The notes below the pieces were generated by a model. The model did no database searches. It worked only from the letters and a program-made list of their open reading frames with translations, and was not told the DNA's origin. A stretch of DNA of 63,859 nt, counting the filler, from Phoronis australis (taxonomy: Eukaryota > Animalia > Phoronida), in the NCBI GenBank assembly GCA_002633005.1. It is 8 parts of 8 records of this genome, joined end to end, with 100 filler letters (N's around TTAATTAATTAA, not from the genome) between each part and the next. Parts side by side here need not be neighbours in the genome. Positions count along the whole stretch, not along the records: positions 1 to 24,770 come from NMRA01000240.1; 7 more parts are not named here. One strand, written 5' to 3'. Positions 1 to 12,700 of the stretch are shown one piece after another. Made by a program: the position numbers and the translations under genes. The stretch's first letter is position 1. Every line of letters starts with the position of its first letter.

Positions 1-1
1 C

Positions 2-296
2 AATATTATTTACCTTATAACTTGTAAAAAATGTTCTATCCAATACGTAGGACAAACTCAACATAATCTACAAACTCGGTTTCGTAATCATAGATTTAAC
101 ATAATACATAAAAACATTTCTGATACTATAGGTAATCATTTCAATTCCAAAAATCATAATATTCAAGATCTTTCTGTACAAATAATAGAAAAACTCCAAC
201 ACCCCCAGTACCCCTCAGAGACTTAAAAGAGAACAATATTGGATAGACAAACTTAATACAATAGAACCTCAGGGATTGAACATAAAAACTTCTTAA
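2..296 (+). mobile_element. Penelope-like retroelement, C-terminal GIY-YIG endonuclease (frameshifted, runs off the window start)
   Basis: Frame 2 reads NIIYLITCKKCSIQYVGQTQHNLQTRFRNH...IGNHFNSKNH...VQIIE. After a frameshift near 220 it reads KREQYWIDKLNTIEPQGLNIKTS* (TAA 294-296). The IY..C..C...YVG, R..H, HF and E..WI.KL....P.GLN motifs are typical of the PLE GIY-YIG domain. Confidence 0.85.
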
Positions 297-397
297 AATA
301 TGTCATTGAATTTTTTACGCAAAAATGTATCATTTTCATTACACCATATCTTATATGTCAATTGTCATTTTGTGTTTGATTTTGCTTTATTTCTGTT

Positions 398-437
398 TTT
401 GTTGATAAAGGAAGTTGTTACATCCGAAAATTTCAAA
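398..437 (+). ncRNA. Minimal hammerhead ribozyme-like motif (U3-A8 variant) in the Penelope pLTR
   Basis: TTTG-TTGATAA-A-GGA(agttgttaca)TCC-GAA-AATT-T-CAAA: stem I TTTG/CAAA, stem II GGA/TCC, palindromic AATT helix III. It lies about 100 nt after the GIY-YIG stop, where PLEs carry hammerheads. Confidence 0.5.
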
Positions 438-461
438 TTTCAGTTGATCCATTCTTGTTGT

Positions 462-866
462 TCTATAAATTCACAAGCACGGGTTTGTATTAGTCAGTTA
501 AAAAGAGAAAAGCAGTCAAGGGTTAAACAGTTGAGAGAATTACAGTTGAGTTGCAGTGTGAAGAGAATCAGCAGTTTCAGCGAGAGTCAATAGAGAGCCA
601 GCTATAGAGACAGCAGATTATTGAATCAACGAGTGTAACAGTTGCTGGAAGTGTCTCAGAAGTTCATCACAAGTCAAGGCTTTGCAGCTCTGGCTGGAGC
701 ATAAAACAGACATCATGTCAGACGTTTTGTTTGAGTAGGCTTTTGAACGGTCGAGATTAATAAAGCATTAACTCGAACCAGTCTTCAGTCTATCGTCGCA
801 CCGAAAGCTATTAGCACCGGTTGGTAACCACCTGTGTCCAACCACAAACAGGGGGAAAACGTGGCA
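462..866 (+). mobile_element. 3' part of an LTR (same family as 17123-17906)
   Basis: Aligns by eye, in reverse complement, with about 17123-17565. TATAAAT at 464, AATAAA at 759, ends ...GGGGAAAACGTGGCA (866). Confidence 0.75.
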
Positions 867-2470
867 GATGTGATTGGCATTACTGATAATCCTGCTGCTT
901 TAATGATATGGGCAACTGTTGGTCCAGGGTTTTCAAGACTCGTGGAAGAATTTGAGCAGTTAAACGAACCCGACAAACTAGGTTCAGGGCAACATCGTGA
1001 TCAAGTTGCTGGAGAGCAATCTCTGTTTTCCAAGCGTGTAAAGGAAGGGGTGAAATCATTTGAAGAATATGGCAATCCATTCGTTGAAAATAGGTCTGAT
1101 CCCATCGCTCTGGATTCGAAGGTTATGATAAATAAAAACGTTGTTCTAGCTATGCAATCACTGAAACAGACAGTGGAAAATTCCGAGCACAGCGTTTACG
1201 TAAAGGAACGACTTGAAGCAGTATCTGTACCGGTGTTGGATGTCATTCGTAATAGCAAACTCCTTCAGTTCCAAACAAGACTCCAACAATACCACTCGAA
1301 GACAGCCATTAATGTGATAGAGTTGAACAACGACTGCAACCTTTTCTTCATGATAGACGTTATTGTCAGTTTAGACAAGGAGACCTTGAAGAGATCTTCA
1401 AACACGAGAACCAGCCATCACCGTCATATGTGGGTGAGAATTGGCAATGTGTTAAATTAGATCGAATTGACTGTATTGGGAAAGATGCCAACATCGTCTG
1501 TCAAGAAAAAGTTGGTAATAATTACAAAATCTTAGACGGGCCCGTGATAATAATATTGTAAAACCTTCCACGAATATGTTTAACGCGTTTTCTTGCCCCA
1601 TATTATGAGAAGCCTTGAAAACGTTAGGAGATTAGACTTGGTTTGGGACATCTGTATACATGACAGATTAAAAATTACAACTCTACGAAAGAGGGAGTCC
1701 TGCAGGCGTGTGAAGATGGTAAGCGCAACCCAAAATCCACCAAACCGGACCAGTTCCCTCGGAGTAGCTAAAAACAAGCATGAATTGTACCTTTTGCTGT
1801 GACCTTATATTGCCGAGCTTCATACCCAAGTGAAGATTTTTGTATTCACTTAATGGAATGGACTTGTTTCCAATGAAGCCCCCAATAGGAAGAAGGCGAC
1901 AACAGACTGTTTTGCTCGCACTACATTGTTCACATAGGGGATGCCCAATATTGTTAATCCAAACAGTGGACACTGATGTGATGATGCTAGCATGTTTTCA
2001 CATTTTTACCTTGAATGTGAAGATTTGTGAGCTGCCTTGGGGACAAATAAAAACTAATTGATTATCCAAACTCAGGATATTGCATCACCTCATGGACCCA
2101 TAACGTCAAAGGCGCTTGTTTTCATTCACGACATATCTGTTTGTGATGCCACATCGTCATTCTATTTCAATGGAAAGAAGAAAGCATGGAACACTTGGCA
2201 GAAGTTCTGTGAAGCAACAGCAACATTTCACACACTCTCAAACAGGCCAATCTCAGTTTCTGATGAGGATTTTTAGGTTTTGTAACATTTGTTTGAATTG
2301 TTTTGTGACAGGACAAAGAGCGTTGTCAAGTTAGCATCAGTTGGAAGATTGTATTTTCAAAAAGACGACAAATAGATAGATTTCCACCAACTCAGACAGC
2401 CTTCAGAGAACACGTGAAAAGCTCTATTTACCAGGCAAGATATGACTGGAACCTAACTCTCTTTGCACAA
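867..2470 (+). mobile_element. Decayed Academ(X)-like DNA transposon ORF (XPG/FEN1-like PIN and H3TH region)
   Basis: Fragments over several frames: VIGITDNPAALMIWATVGPGFSRLVEEFE...FEEYGNPFVE; EEG..RL..ALHCSHRG..LLIQTVDTDVMMLA; ALVFIHDISVCDATSSFYFNGKKKAWNTW; FPPTQTAFREHVKSSIYQA. Many stops and frameshifts. Confidence 0.65.
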
Positions 2471-3231
2471 CAGCTTACTTACTCCGGGAGTGACGGGAAA
2501 TTCGTAACCCCCTAAACGTCACTTCCGGAGTAGTGCACAACAAACCGTATTTTTACTAAAAATGACTCTAAAAAAGCTTGCAATAAAAACAAAACACATG
2601 AAGATTATAATGCTTTTGAAGTCCTACTTTTCACCATTTAAATGGGATCGGATGCCCCAAGTTCGCTTATGGGTGCAGCTCTCCCCAACACAAGCAGAAT
2701 TCGATGGTGTAGCTACCAACAAAAAGCACGTGGTGCTGCCTCGGGTCCTCTTAAGAACAACCCTGTTAATAAATTAAGTCGTTGTAATCGATAACCTTTT
2801 AAAACCCGTCGTATTGATATTCTAATTTTCATACATGAGTTCACAGTAAAATTGTTTTTGTAATACCTTCTGATATTTTGCAATTTCAGTTGATGAATAC
2901 GTTCCATGTCTAGCCGGTGGCAAAAGGTGTTTTAAATATGCTGGCTGTTATGTCGACGAGAATGGTAAACGAGAGTGCAAGTGTAGAAAGTATCATCAAA
3001 AGAGCGGAAATAAGTGTAAAGGTATAAGCGGTGACTAAGTGATTGTTTAGTAAACTTCCTGCCACACGTCGTGTATAAGCAGATGTACGTTCTTATATTC
3101 TCAATTACATTTGTCATACTGTTGTCAAGGGAAAAATAGTGTGCCAAGGTTTTGGGAGACAAATCGAACGTCGATATTTTATCGGAATCTTTTTTGCAGA
3201 GTAATTGTAAAGGTAAGTAGTACATTCAATG

Positions 3232-3277
<46 letters not shown>
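3232..3277. repeat. (CA)n microsatellite
   Basis: Direct reading. Confidence 0.95.
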
Positions 3278-3279
<2 letters not shown>

Positions 3280-5930
3280 ATATATATACGCGGTCCGCCA
3301 TATTGATGAAGAACGCTATGTAAACAAAAGCACGGAGGCCTTATGGAAGCCGGGAAAGTTGAAATTTTAAATACTAACAAGGTTCTAAAATGTTGGTAAC
3401 ATTAAGCAATGTAAACCTGCAACCCACGCATTGCTTAAACGGTCATACAAGCCATTGCAAAGACAAAATTCCTAATGCTTTGGCTCAATTTCTCACGGAG
3501 TGCTGCTGGGGCTTGGGAGGTTTTGCCGGCTCAGTCTAAAAGATAGTCACTGAAATGTATAAAGTATGGAAAATATTTCCGTTATGCTACGTGGTATCAC
3601 AGTGATTAGCATTTTTCGTCGTTATAATCGTATAGAACCTATTTTTTCAGTTGTTTATAAATCGACAGAACGATCAGCTGTCAAGGAGGCCGCTCTCCGG
3701 CGTGGGTCTACAAATTACTTGACCCGACACCACTTGATTTATTCTAACAGAAAGATTTGAGGCATGTGTTCGTGCGGAACACTTGAACACCAAGTAAAAA
3801 ATTACCCATGGAAAAGGATGCGCATACAAACAGCAGTATGCGTGCATGTAAAGGCGTGTTATTGTATGCAATAATTGACCACTAGAACTGTACATATTTG
3901 TGTACGTGTGCATATTAGGAATTGAGAGCATAGTCCATTTTGAATGAAAGTTGGAAGTAAAATTTTTCAAAACGATAGAGAAACTGATATGTTAACATAA
4001 ATAAATAAGCACAAAAGACACCAAAAACACCTTGTACCATTTGGCGAGACATGCTCAGATACATCAGTTATCTGTGTGTGCCTGTGAACACCACTGCTTG
4101 GGCGGCCGAAGCCGGAGGTCGAGGTATGCATTTGCACAGACCCAAGGTGATTGGAATTGTCTACTTCAGCTTATACCAAGGAATAACAATTACATCAATA
4201 TGCAGACGTTTTTTCAAAAATGTCTCAAGAAAACATTACCCCAGTGGTATTACTTGTCCTAGTACTAATTCATCTTAGCCTTGTGAACTATATGTAGTAG
4301 TTTGTACAGTTTGAAATGACATAATCTCACGTATCAAACTGCTATGTCATAGACTCTGTTGTAAAACAACACAACGACTGCAATACATGTATAAAGGCAG
4401 ACCTAGAGTTTTAAGAAAGGCGTCCCCATTAATATTTTTTTTTAAATTAATTTTTACACCAATCAATGTACCTCTTTTTTCCGACCGATGCGCGGAATCG
4501 CAGATTTTTCTGTCAATAACAAGCACACTTTAATCTGATTGGCCATCTAGAACGAAAAGGACAACAAAAATGTTGACACAGGAACAACACATTGAGATAC
4601 TGTAACCATTTCAAACAATAAAGTTTTTATTTCTTTCAAACCGTGACATAAAAGGGAAATGTCTAGCTGGTACAAAGTTACTGTAGCGTACTGGTACATG
4701 CACTCCAGCAAAAGTCAGACTTCAAACAGCTCTAATTTAATCCCTCAATTCAGTTGGATCCGACATTTACTGGCACACAATTCTTTTACTAGTACACTTA
4801 TATTGACAACACACCGCCACAGAATAAATGTCTCAGATTTCAATGGTCATAAACTGTACCTGCCATGTCCTAAATATCCAGGCATTTATACACTGTAAGC
4901 AACAGAAGACCATAAACAGGACAGACTATAATATAAGAAAGACAATTGCAGATTTAAATAGCTTGTCAGGCTACGTAACATTTGTCCCATATCTGGAAAT
5001 ATACTGAAACAACTCATCTACCGTCCCTGTACAACATTGTGGGATGCAGCATTCTTGGTGTATCCCTTTCTTCCTGGCCTATTCCTAATAAGTTGGATAT
5101 ACTGATAAATCTTCGAATTGGTGTCCACTCTGTAAAAATGTACAACCATTAATCTTGTAGTCACTTATTGTGTTTCTTCGTTGCTAGAAAACAACAGATA
5201 TCTTGGAGAGAATACTGTCACTAAACTCTTAGAAGACATATCGCACTAAGAAGCAAAGTCTAGCAAAAGAAATATCGACTTAAGTGGGTGTTCTAGGTAT
5301 CAAATGAAGTTGAACAGTTGTTTCTGCGATCGGATTTTCTAATGTTTATACTAGAAATCAATCATTATTTTAGATGTTTCCGCTACACTTTAATACAAAC
5401 TAAAGATAAGTGTTAAGAATCCTGTGCTCAAGTATGTTATGATTTTCTTGGATGATTTTTCTAAAAATCCTAGTGTGCAGCTGACGATCCTAACATTAAA
5501 GCTATTAGATTTTACTTGTAATCAAGTGTTGTTGTTTGTGTTTTAGCTAAGTGCGACTTTGGACTAGACCATTGTGTAGGTAAACTAAAATTTACTTGAG
5601 CCCATTACGTACAGACCTTATAAACATTTATGTTGAGTTTGTATTCATGGTATGAAGCAAACTGGCAACAATAATTTTGAATTCAACTTACAGCACAAAA
5701 AATTAACCCCGGGCTGTTTTAAAGCCAAGATCACACCTTTTAAAAAAGATCGAGACCAAGTTCAACTGGCATCAGGTAACAGTGGGAAAAAAAGAACCTA
5801 AATAATTTCAGACTACGTCACACAATGCTGGGAAGAAGATATCGACCCATTTCGGTTGGCCTTTTCTATTTGAAAGTTTGCACAACTAAATGCTAATAGT
5901 CAGGTTCACTATGTCCGAATTTTGACATTC

Positions 5931-7450
5931 GTTGGATTTTTTTGGGGAGAGTGGAAACTATACATTTTTGGAAACCTCATGTAACGACAAATCAGAAAAT
6001 AATTGATTCCATATTTTGGTGGCCATCTTGGATTTTTAAAAATGGCACCTGTGAAATAGATCACAAATTCAGGCAAAGTACGAGGGTTGTCGCAAAGAGA
6101 GTCAATGAAGATAAGAGCCTTTGGTCATCAGTCAAAAAGCTAAACAATGACATGTTTATGTCAGGACACAAGAAGGCAGCCCTAAAATTCCGTGACGTCG
6201 CCCTGAATCTCAAAAAGACCATGGATGTGTATGACAGGCTGCTGGTACTTGTCGAGTCAAATAGACAAATCGACCAGAAACATGCTCTCAGCCACTTTCA
6301 ATTCATCCTAACACCAAGAACAGTCTTTGCTGCCAGTGTGGCAATGCTGCCATTCACAAACAAGTCGAATCGAATCCACATTCTGCAGAAACTTTCCGAA
6401 GCAGACGTCTTAGAACAGGACAGTCCTCAAGCTGCAAGAGAGGTTTTACATCCAGAAACCATGTAAACAACGTCCACCGAGTGTGTTCACCCAAGCTACA
6501 AAACTGCACGTGAGGATTGTATAGAAGTGAGGTTCTTAACTAGAGATTATGACGATTTCATTCTGGTTTTTGACACCAACAAATACAACTCTTTGAAACA
6601 AGCCACTACAGAAAAATGAGGCATCGACAGGGTCAAGTACAGTACCAGATAAGAGATGAGACTTACATACAGAACATCCCAATGACCCGTTTCCTCTGCC
6701 ATGACAAAAAAGCTCAACTTACTGAATATCTGTCTGCAAAGTCACTTCGATATAGCAAAGACTTTGCAAAGATAGCCATTACTTCAGCTTGAGGATGCGC
6801 AAAGAGCAACCGGTCTACGCTTAGAAAAAACAATCACGAAAAAGCAGATATATTGCTAATACATCATGCAGTTTTGGCATCACATTAAAACGTCCCTGAT
6901 GTTTGTTTACGTGACACAGATTTACTGGTACTCGTCATTGCCTATTATGACAGGTTTCTCAGAAATACGTCAGTCCCCATGGCATCTGGAATCCAATATG
7001 GACAACATTCGGTGCTGTCTAAGCAAAGACTCTTCCGGCTTCCCATGCTTTTATAGGGACAGACAACACTGTCCATTCTGTAGGTTGAATATATATATTT
7101 GGAGGCAAACAATGAGGATATCAATGCACAGCAGACTCTTAGTACTGCTTATGAAGTAACAGGTGAACCTCTTTTCACATTAGCCCGCTTTTACATTTGC
7201 ATGATCTCCACTGGGTATAGACACGAATAGCATCCCAGCGCTTATGTGGTACCTCTTCTGTAAACATGCGGATGACAGCGACAAATGTCCCTCAAGCATT
7301 GGTGCTTTGAAACAGCATGTGCTGAGGGTGTTAACTCACGCTAGAGTGTGGGGCAAGGCAGCCATTGCTCGACATGAGTTCTCTTCTGATTTGTCATTCC
7401 ACGAGGTTTCCAAAAATGTATAGTTTCCACTTTCCCCAAAAAATTCCAGC
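5931..7450 (+). mobile_element. Second decayed Academ(X)-like element bracketed by inverted repeats
   Basis: Coding remnants: LWSSVKKLNNDMF...VYDRLLVLVESNRQID; FILVFD; NHEKADILLIHHAV; PSSIGALKQHVLRVLTHARVWG. Inverted repeat 5931-5997 / 7384-7450 (GGGGA.AGTGGAAACTATACATTTTTGGAAACCTC...GACAAATCAGAA). Confidence 0.6.
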
Positions 7451-9099
7451 AAATTTACATAACAAGCCTGGCTATAATGCATAACCACATTAGTTTTCAA
7501 AAAATTCGCAGACCTGAACCATATGCTGTTTTCTTTGTCATGAATTCACCGGCGCTTGCAAAAATGAGCTTCGTCAGCTCCTGACTCACACTACCAGTGC
7601 TGAATGACGTAGTGTGCAACATGACTCTTTCCAATATCATAGTACTTGGCCAAAAAAAATCAATCAAGTAGAAATAGTGATTGTCAATTCCATACAGTGT
7701 TTTAGAAGCATTGTTCTTTGAGTGAAAAAGGTCAATGTGGCCACTTCCTCTTTCACGCTAACACTTTTTCCCACAAAGAGCATAGAGCAGATCCAATCGG
7801 TAAACAAAACATTCATGGCTCTTCTCAACATCTTTTAGCCACAGATCAATATGCGTATAACTCAGGTCCTGGCGCCATAAGTGCACTATTTTTCTTCATT
7901 TGACTGGGGGGTTTCCCGGCAATCACTTCATGGCACGATTGCAATAACCTTTAAGTTAAGCTTACATCGACAAGGCAACTGGCAGACTCCGCACATGTCA
8001 ATTTCTAATCACGCGTACACCGGTAATTTTGCAATAATGAGAGTCGAGGCAGTCCCAGTTACCTCCAGTCACGTTTATAAACTCATCGAAAGCGACAGGC
8101 AGTGGCTGAGTTGTAACCATTGAAGTGTATGTTAGGAAGGACTTACATACAGACTTGTGTATGTTTGCCACTGTAACTTAGATATTTAAGTACTCATATA
8201 CTTTCCATCAGTATTCCTTTGTATGCAATAGATCATCTTTCTTTTAATACAATCCTGAGATCAAGTTTTGAGCAAATATCCACATTTCAACGAGAGCATC
8301 GGTCCAAGCCAATAGACATCACATTATGATGATGTCTGTGGTCCAACCATTTGCCATTTTTTGTGTTTTAGTGTAAAATTAGGTCATCGCATGGTCGTTA
8401 AAATGACACCACTAGTTGCAGCGAAGCGTATATCGAAGTAGACCAGCGAAACTGAGTGAAAACAGTAGCGAGAAAGCGGAACATGTGTAACTGACGGCAA
8501 CCGAGCGATCAGCTATATACGCCGTCAGTAGTAAGAAGACGCACATTGGCCAGACTCGGAAACCGATCAGTTTCCTTCAGTTCCTCTCAGTTGTCGGTAA
8601 CTTTTTTATAATTGGTTGTGTTCATTTTTAAGGCCGATGTACGCTAGGCTTTACAACAATAAAACCACAATATTTTTATGACACTGAGGTGCTCAGACGA
8701 CAAACTTTGGTAATAATCGTGCTCATTGAATGGCGTTGGGAGCTCCTCATCTTGATAGACCTGGCAACAATGACCTGCTGAAAAAGCAAAACAACAATGA
8801 ATGATTCGGGTGGGATAGTTTTCATAAAAAGTAAAAGGTACTGGTGAAAAGCACCCAAGACATCAAAGAATAGTGGACCAAAAACATTACTCTTGCTTTT
8901 GCTATTGCTTTGGCGCTGAATTTTAATATCTGTTTACTCATGTCTTGTTTGTTCAATGCCGCTGTGTTAGCAGAGGAGGGAAGGGCCAGGTATGTTCATT
9001 CACGTAATCCGATAGAAAACTGTTTACCAATTTACACATTGTGCTGAATAATAGGTCATGGTGATTTTGATTCAAAATGAGATGAAAGTGATGCCACAT

Positions 9100-9520
9100 C
9101 ATTTCAAAATTGAGACACATAATCCTACACTAAACTTACGTGTAGAAACAGCATCAGCCCAAATCCTTATGGCACACCAATTACGGCTAATGTCCAATTC
9201 AGAAAAGTGTTGGAAGCACAAAATTCCCACTAAATGCCATCAGGCTTGCTTCGTCGAGGAGCTTGCTCCCTCTTTACTCTAAGATTCATCTTTAGTAAAC
9301 ATGCCACAAGACATATGAGTAAAATATTAGAAATACTACAACTTGAGAGTTCACAAAAATATGTATTTTTAAGTAAAGCGACTGCTGCTACACCACAAAT
9401 GTAGTAGAATTAACCAGTAGAGCTTATTTAACACTAGTTAAGAAAGGGCTTTTTATTTAGTTATTCCCAGAGTTGTCTCATCAACTGCAATAGACAGCGT
9501 CATAGTCTCACTAACAGGAG
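9100..9520 (+). mobile_element. Possible highly decayed P-element/THAP9-type transposase C-terminal remnant
   Basis: Ordered weak motifs HNPTLNLRVETASAQILMAHQL..SNSEKC, EFTK, VKRLL...KC and LVKKGLL..YSQ recall NNPT..QF..AY..LL..H...GNC / YIAG.VV..L...C / L.....GGL..PS. Very degenerate. Confidence 0.25.
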
Positions 9521-11151
9521 AGACTGTGGCCGTCATATCTCTTGGTGCAAGCAATGTAAAAATGGTCAGTTGCCGATTTGGGCAAATGAATGAAGGGCTG
9601 ATCGAAAAATGTTTGATTACACAAGTATTTCTTCCAGTTGGAAAGAATGAAAGAGATAGACAGCCTCCTAATGTGTAGTAACGGGACTTTGACGGTTTAA
9701 TCTGTGTGATGCATACAGCATACGAAGGCCCTACGGGAGTGCCACTGTCTCTACTGCTACATGTAATACAGGGGGTGGCACTGTCTAAAACTACAAAGGA
9801 CGATAGTGTCTGTGGAAGGTAGCATAAGGTTGCCTCACTAGAACAATGTAAAGTTGTTAAATGTGCAGGAAGATTTTTCTTCTCTTTACACTTCACTTTC
9901 AAGCTTGAGTATTCCAAAGTGGTTCTCATTCATTCACTCACTAGTAGAACGGAGCTCAGAGGAGACACTTTTGTACAATTGGTCTCCCAAACGGGATTCC
10001 GGAGCTCAAACCACTCCGACACACGATGGAGGGCCCAGCACTGAAAAATGGGATCTATAGACCCTCTCCCCAGCCCCCTATGGTGCACTGCGTGGAATAA
10101 TTACCTCTAAAACGTGATGTTTTGTCGCTTTCATCAAGATGACGGATCACTCCGCTCATCGTAATTCATGTGACTTCAACTCTTCTATGTTTATCTCATT
10201 GGGTAGAGTAATGTCATATATTGATATGTCTGAACTGAGTATCTCGCTTCAACAGAAAATGAAGATTAAAGGGAAAGGCAACATTTTTCATGTCATTTTT
10301 AGCAACAGTGTGGGATGTTGACTGACTCGTAAACAAAAGCAAGCGACGACCGAACTAATCACAACAGGGGTAGAACAATGACTGACTCGGCAGCTCTCAC
10401 AGTCAGGCTATATGAAAAGAAATTGGCGCCAAATACTTGCCTCCCAAAACATCACGTCCGGAATAAAGGACGAGTAATTGTTTAAATTACAAAAAGCTGT
10501 AATTAAATGAAAAATATGTCTGTGGTAAGCAACAAACATTTGTTGTTTTTTTTTGTTAAAAATGACATTAAAAAGGTTGCCTTCGACTTTAAGGCATACC
10601 TAATCAGTTGCTTGGAGCCGGGAATTATGTAATGGGCCTAGGACGGAAACTACGTGTACTGCATGAACTGCGTTTGAGTGACCGGTGATCCTCTTAGTCG
10701 TTGAAACAAGAATAACAGTAACTTCTTGGATTGGAAGTCAAATACGTAATAAAATTAAAGTAGCTACGGTGTAAAATATGATTTAGGAGCGGGAAAGACA
10801 AAATATTGGAAATCGAGGTACAGAGGTAGACGTGATTGTGTTTTCGCCAACCAAGGGCATATTGAGAAAGATTGAGGGAACATGTCACCTGCAAGGCCGA
10901 GTATAATGCAGGACCTATGTGTATCTCGGCAGTTTGGGCTTCGAAAGTCTATACAAGCTGTCTCAGCTGTGATACAACTCTATCATTATTAATTTTAGAC
11001 TCCGTCGGCTGTTCTTACGCCACGTGACGACTTGAATGTCCCAATACAACACCGAATTAAGATGACAGGCATTTTTAATGTAGGCCTACTGTATTCATAT
11101 TCTATTATATTCTGATACATGCTTCATTTTACCTTTTTAATTGTATCTCAG

Positions 11152-11271
11152 CTTCAAGACGTATTTCGTGTACAGACAATGCTGTATGTGCCTCGCTACC
11201 AGAAAGCGAATGCATCAGTAACAAGTGCACATGTAGAAAGGGGTGGGTGATGATAGAAGGAGAGTGCCGAG
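11152..11271 (+). CDS. Cys-rich EB-module repeat protein, module exon 1 (phase 1-1, 120 nt)
   Basis: tctcag|...|gtaagt; xSRRISCTDNAVCASLPESECISNKCTCRKGWVMIEGECR. Confidence 0.8.
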
Positions 11272-11699
11272 GTAAGTCTTCTATATGGCCCGCTTATATG
11301 AGGTCGAGCGTTCAATCGGAGATAATTCTGCAATGTAGTTTGTCAAGGCAAATGAGTAGTTTGCGGTGGTGCACGAAGGTATGGTACTTATACAAGTTGT
11401 ATTGCACCGTTCTTTCAGAGACACGTCACCACGTTGACATGCAACTTGTCTGTAAATCAATATTTACGAATAGGAAGTTACGAGTAGAATAGTCTAACAA
11501 AATTCGCATAAGTTTGATGTATTATTAATTTCGTGGATAATTGTAGGTTATATAAATAGATTATCAAGTGATGTTTCCTTAGCAGGATGAGATAAGTGTA
11601 TTCGAGAGAACTAAGAGCTTTACTTGTGCTAGAACCCTTGACTGACCCTGCCACAAATTAAAGTTACTATAAATAATAACTGCATAGTTAAAATAAGGA

Positions 11700-12700
11700 A
11701 GATTGGAAGATTTGAAAATCAACTCTAAGTGATAACTGGAAAGATGTTTCGAAAGATTGCTGAATTGGTTGAGAAGTTTTTGAATTTTTTAATAAGATGA
11801 ACACAATGATGATGCATTGTATGTTGATGATCAAGCACAACACCCAAATACTTAACAAACACACTTTGAGTAATAATAGAGTCATTCAAATACAGTCTTG
11901 GGAGTCTGTCGATATTGTGTACAGGTTTTTGTGAAAATGTTATGTGGTAACTTTTGGACACTATGAACTCCATACGTCATTTTGTTGCCCAAACAAACAG
12001 TAAGTCAAGGTATTTGTGTAAAAGATTTACTTCTTCGTGTTTTGTCGTGTGGATAAAAAGATGTGTCTTAGAATACAGTGCATAAGGCAGGACATTAATA
12101 AATAATAGAAAAGGCAACGGTCCCTAGGCATTACCTTGTGGTGTACGAGCACTGACGGGCCCAACTGGCGATTCATCATAACCAACATCATCCACACGAA
12201 CTCTATTGGTTCTATTAAATAAATACGACTGAAGCAAACTATACAATTTTCCACTTATTCTGATTTATGTAGTAAGTTTTAATAACAGACCATCATGTGA
12301 CACCATATCAAACGCAGGAGCTATATCCAGAAACACAGAACGGACATTATTCCTCTAAAAATTAGTCTTTTGACCTCATCTGCACTGGCTTGAATTGAAT
12401 TCACTGGAAGGTGACACCTACTATCCGTATTTGGAAGGTCACCGGGCAAAGTTGTCTCAGTGTGGCTTTTATTCGTGAATTAATCAAAAAATTTACTTTA
12501 TCTTGAAGAGGCATAATTGCCAGTATTGTTCTGTTCGAGTCAAGGAAATGTATCTTGAGATAACTGATCAAGAATATTTTTAACAGTTCCAGTATTCCTT
12601 AGCATTCCTTTCTACTGGCAGCTCGAATTAGGGTTTTGTGGTGATCAGCTTTCGTCTTTGAAATACGATTTTCGATTAAAACAGATTAGCTGTCAGTGAG
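11700..12700 (-). mobile_element. Decayed CR1/L2-group LINE reverse transcriptase fragment
   Basis: Minus strand: VFLDI.PAFDMVSHDGLL, LYSLLQSYLFNRTNRVRVD, TPQGNA.GPLPFLLFINVLP, WA..RMEF.VSKS, KYLGVVLD; interrupted by stops. Confidence 0.75.

Noticed and set aside
834-1460. 208-aa ORF as an intact gene
   Set aside because: Chimeric: the first 11 codons come from the LTR end and the rest is a frameshifted transposon remnant.
5080-5115. IYQYIQ (minus strand) as a DYRK1 activation loop
   Set aside because: The flanks lack DFG and SRFYRSPE, and a stop follows shortly; coincidental.
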